This document shows, piece by piece, positions 16,740 through 16,822 of a DNA stretch of 16,822 nt. The position numbers and the translations under genes are program-made. The DNA is from Candidatus Rifleibacteriota bacterium (lineage in GTDB: Bacteria; Muiribacteriota; Ozemobacteria; Ozemobacterales; Ozemobacteraceae), in the NCBI GenBank assembly GCA_051747585.1, contig JBNJGH010000076.1:1-16822 (forward strand). The letters are read 5' to 3'. How positions within the stretch are numbered: the stretch's first letter is position 1; every line of letters starts with the position of its first letter. The notes beneath the pieces are model-generated. The model was not told the origin of the DNA and did no database searches. It saw only the letters and a list, made by a program, of their open reading frames with translations.

Positions 16740-16795
16740 CACCAAGTCTCAAAGCCACAAAGAAAATAACCACAGAGCGCACAGAGAACACAGAG
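16740..16795 (+). repeat. Short tandem heptamer repeats (CACAAAG-like x3, CACAGAG x3)
   Basis: CACCAAG-t-CTCAAAG-c-CACAAAG (16740-16762, period 8) and CACAGAG-cg-CACAGAG-aa-CACAGAG (16771-16795, period 9). Confidence 0.7.
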
Positions 16796-16822
16796 AATCT
16801 TTTTCAGATTGTGAAAGCCGGA

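Overview
The window holds two convergent gene blocks separated by a ~390-bp spacer full of palindromic repeats. (1) Positions 1-7915, + strand: the 3' part of a tightly coupled operon of at least 8 genes. These are the C-terminus of an FtsH/peptidase-M41-like protein (missed by the ORF track), a 1007-aa unknown protein, a RavA/MoxR AAA+ ATPase, a ViaA-like vWA-type protein with a degenerate MIDAS, an NrdG-like radical SAM protein and three conserved-looking unknowns (99, 316 and 189 aa). The gene set matches, from recall, the computationally predicted 'FtsH ternary' MoxR-vWA conflict systems (Kaur, Burroughs, Iyer & Aravind, eLife 2020). I know of no experimental characterisation of them, and this is the most interesting element here. 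(2) Positions 8307-16566, - strand: treY-treZ-treS/mak followed by a signal-peptide-bearing Ni superoxide dismutase (sodN), behind a near-consensus sigma70 promoter. The 7916-8306 spacer is a mosaic of REP-like hairpins, some sharing a loop but with different stems, and one apparently nested. Short CACAGAG-type repeats lie at the right edge. All family assignments are by eye; no searches were run.
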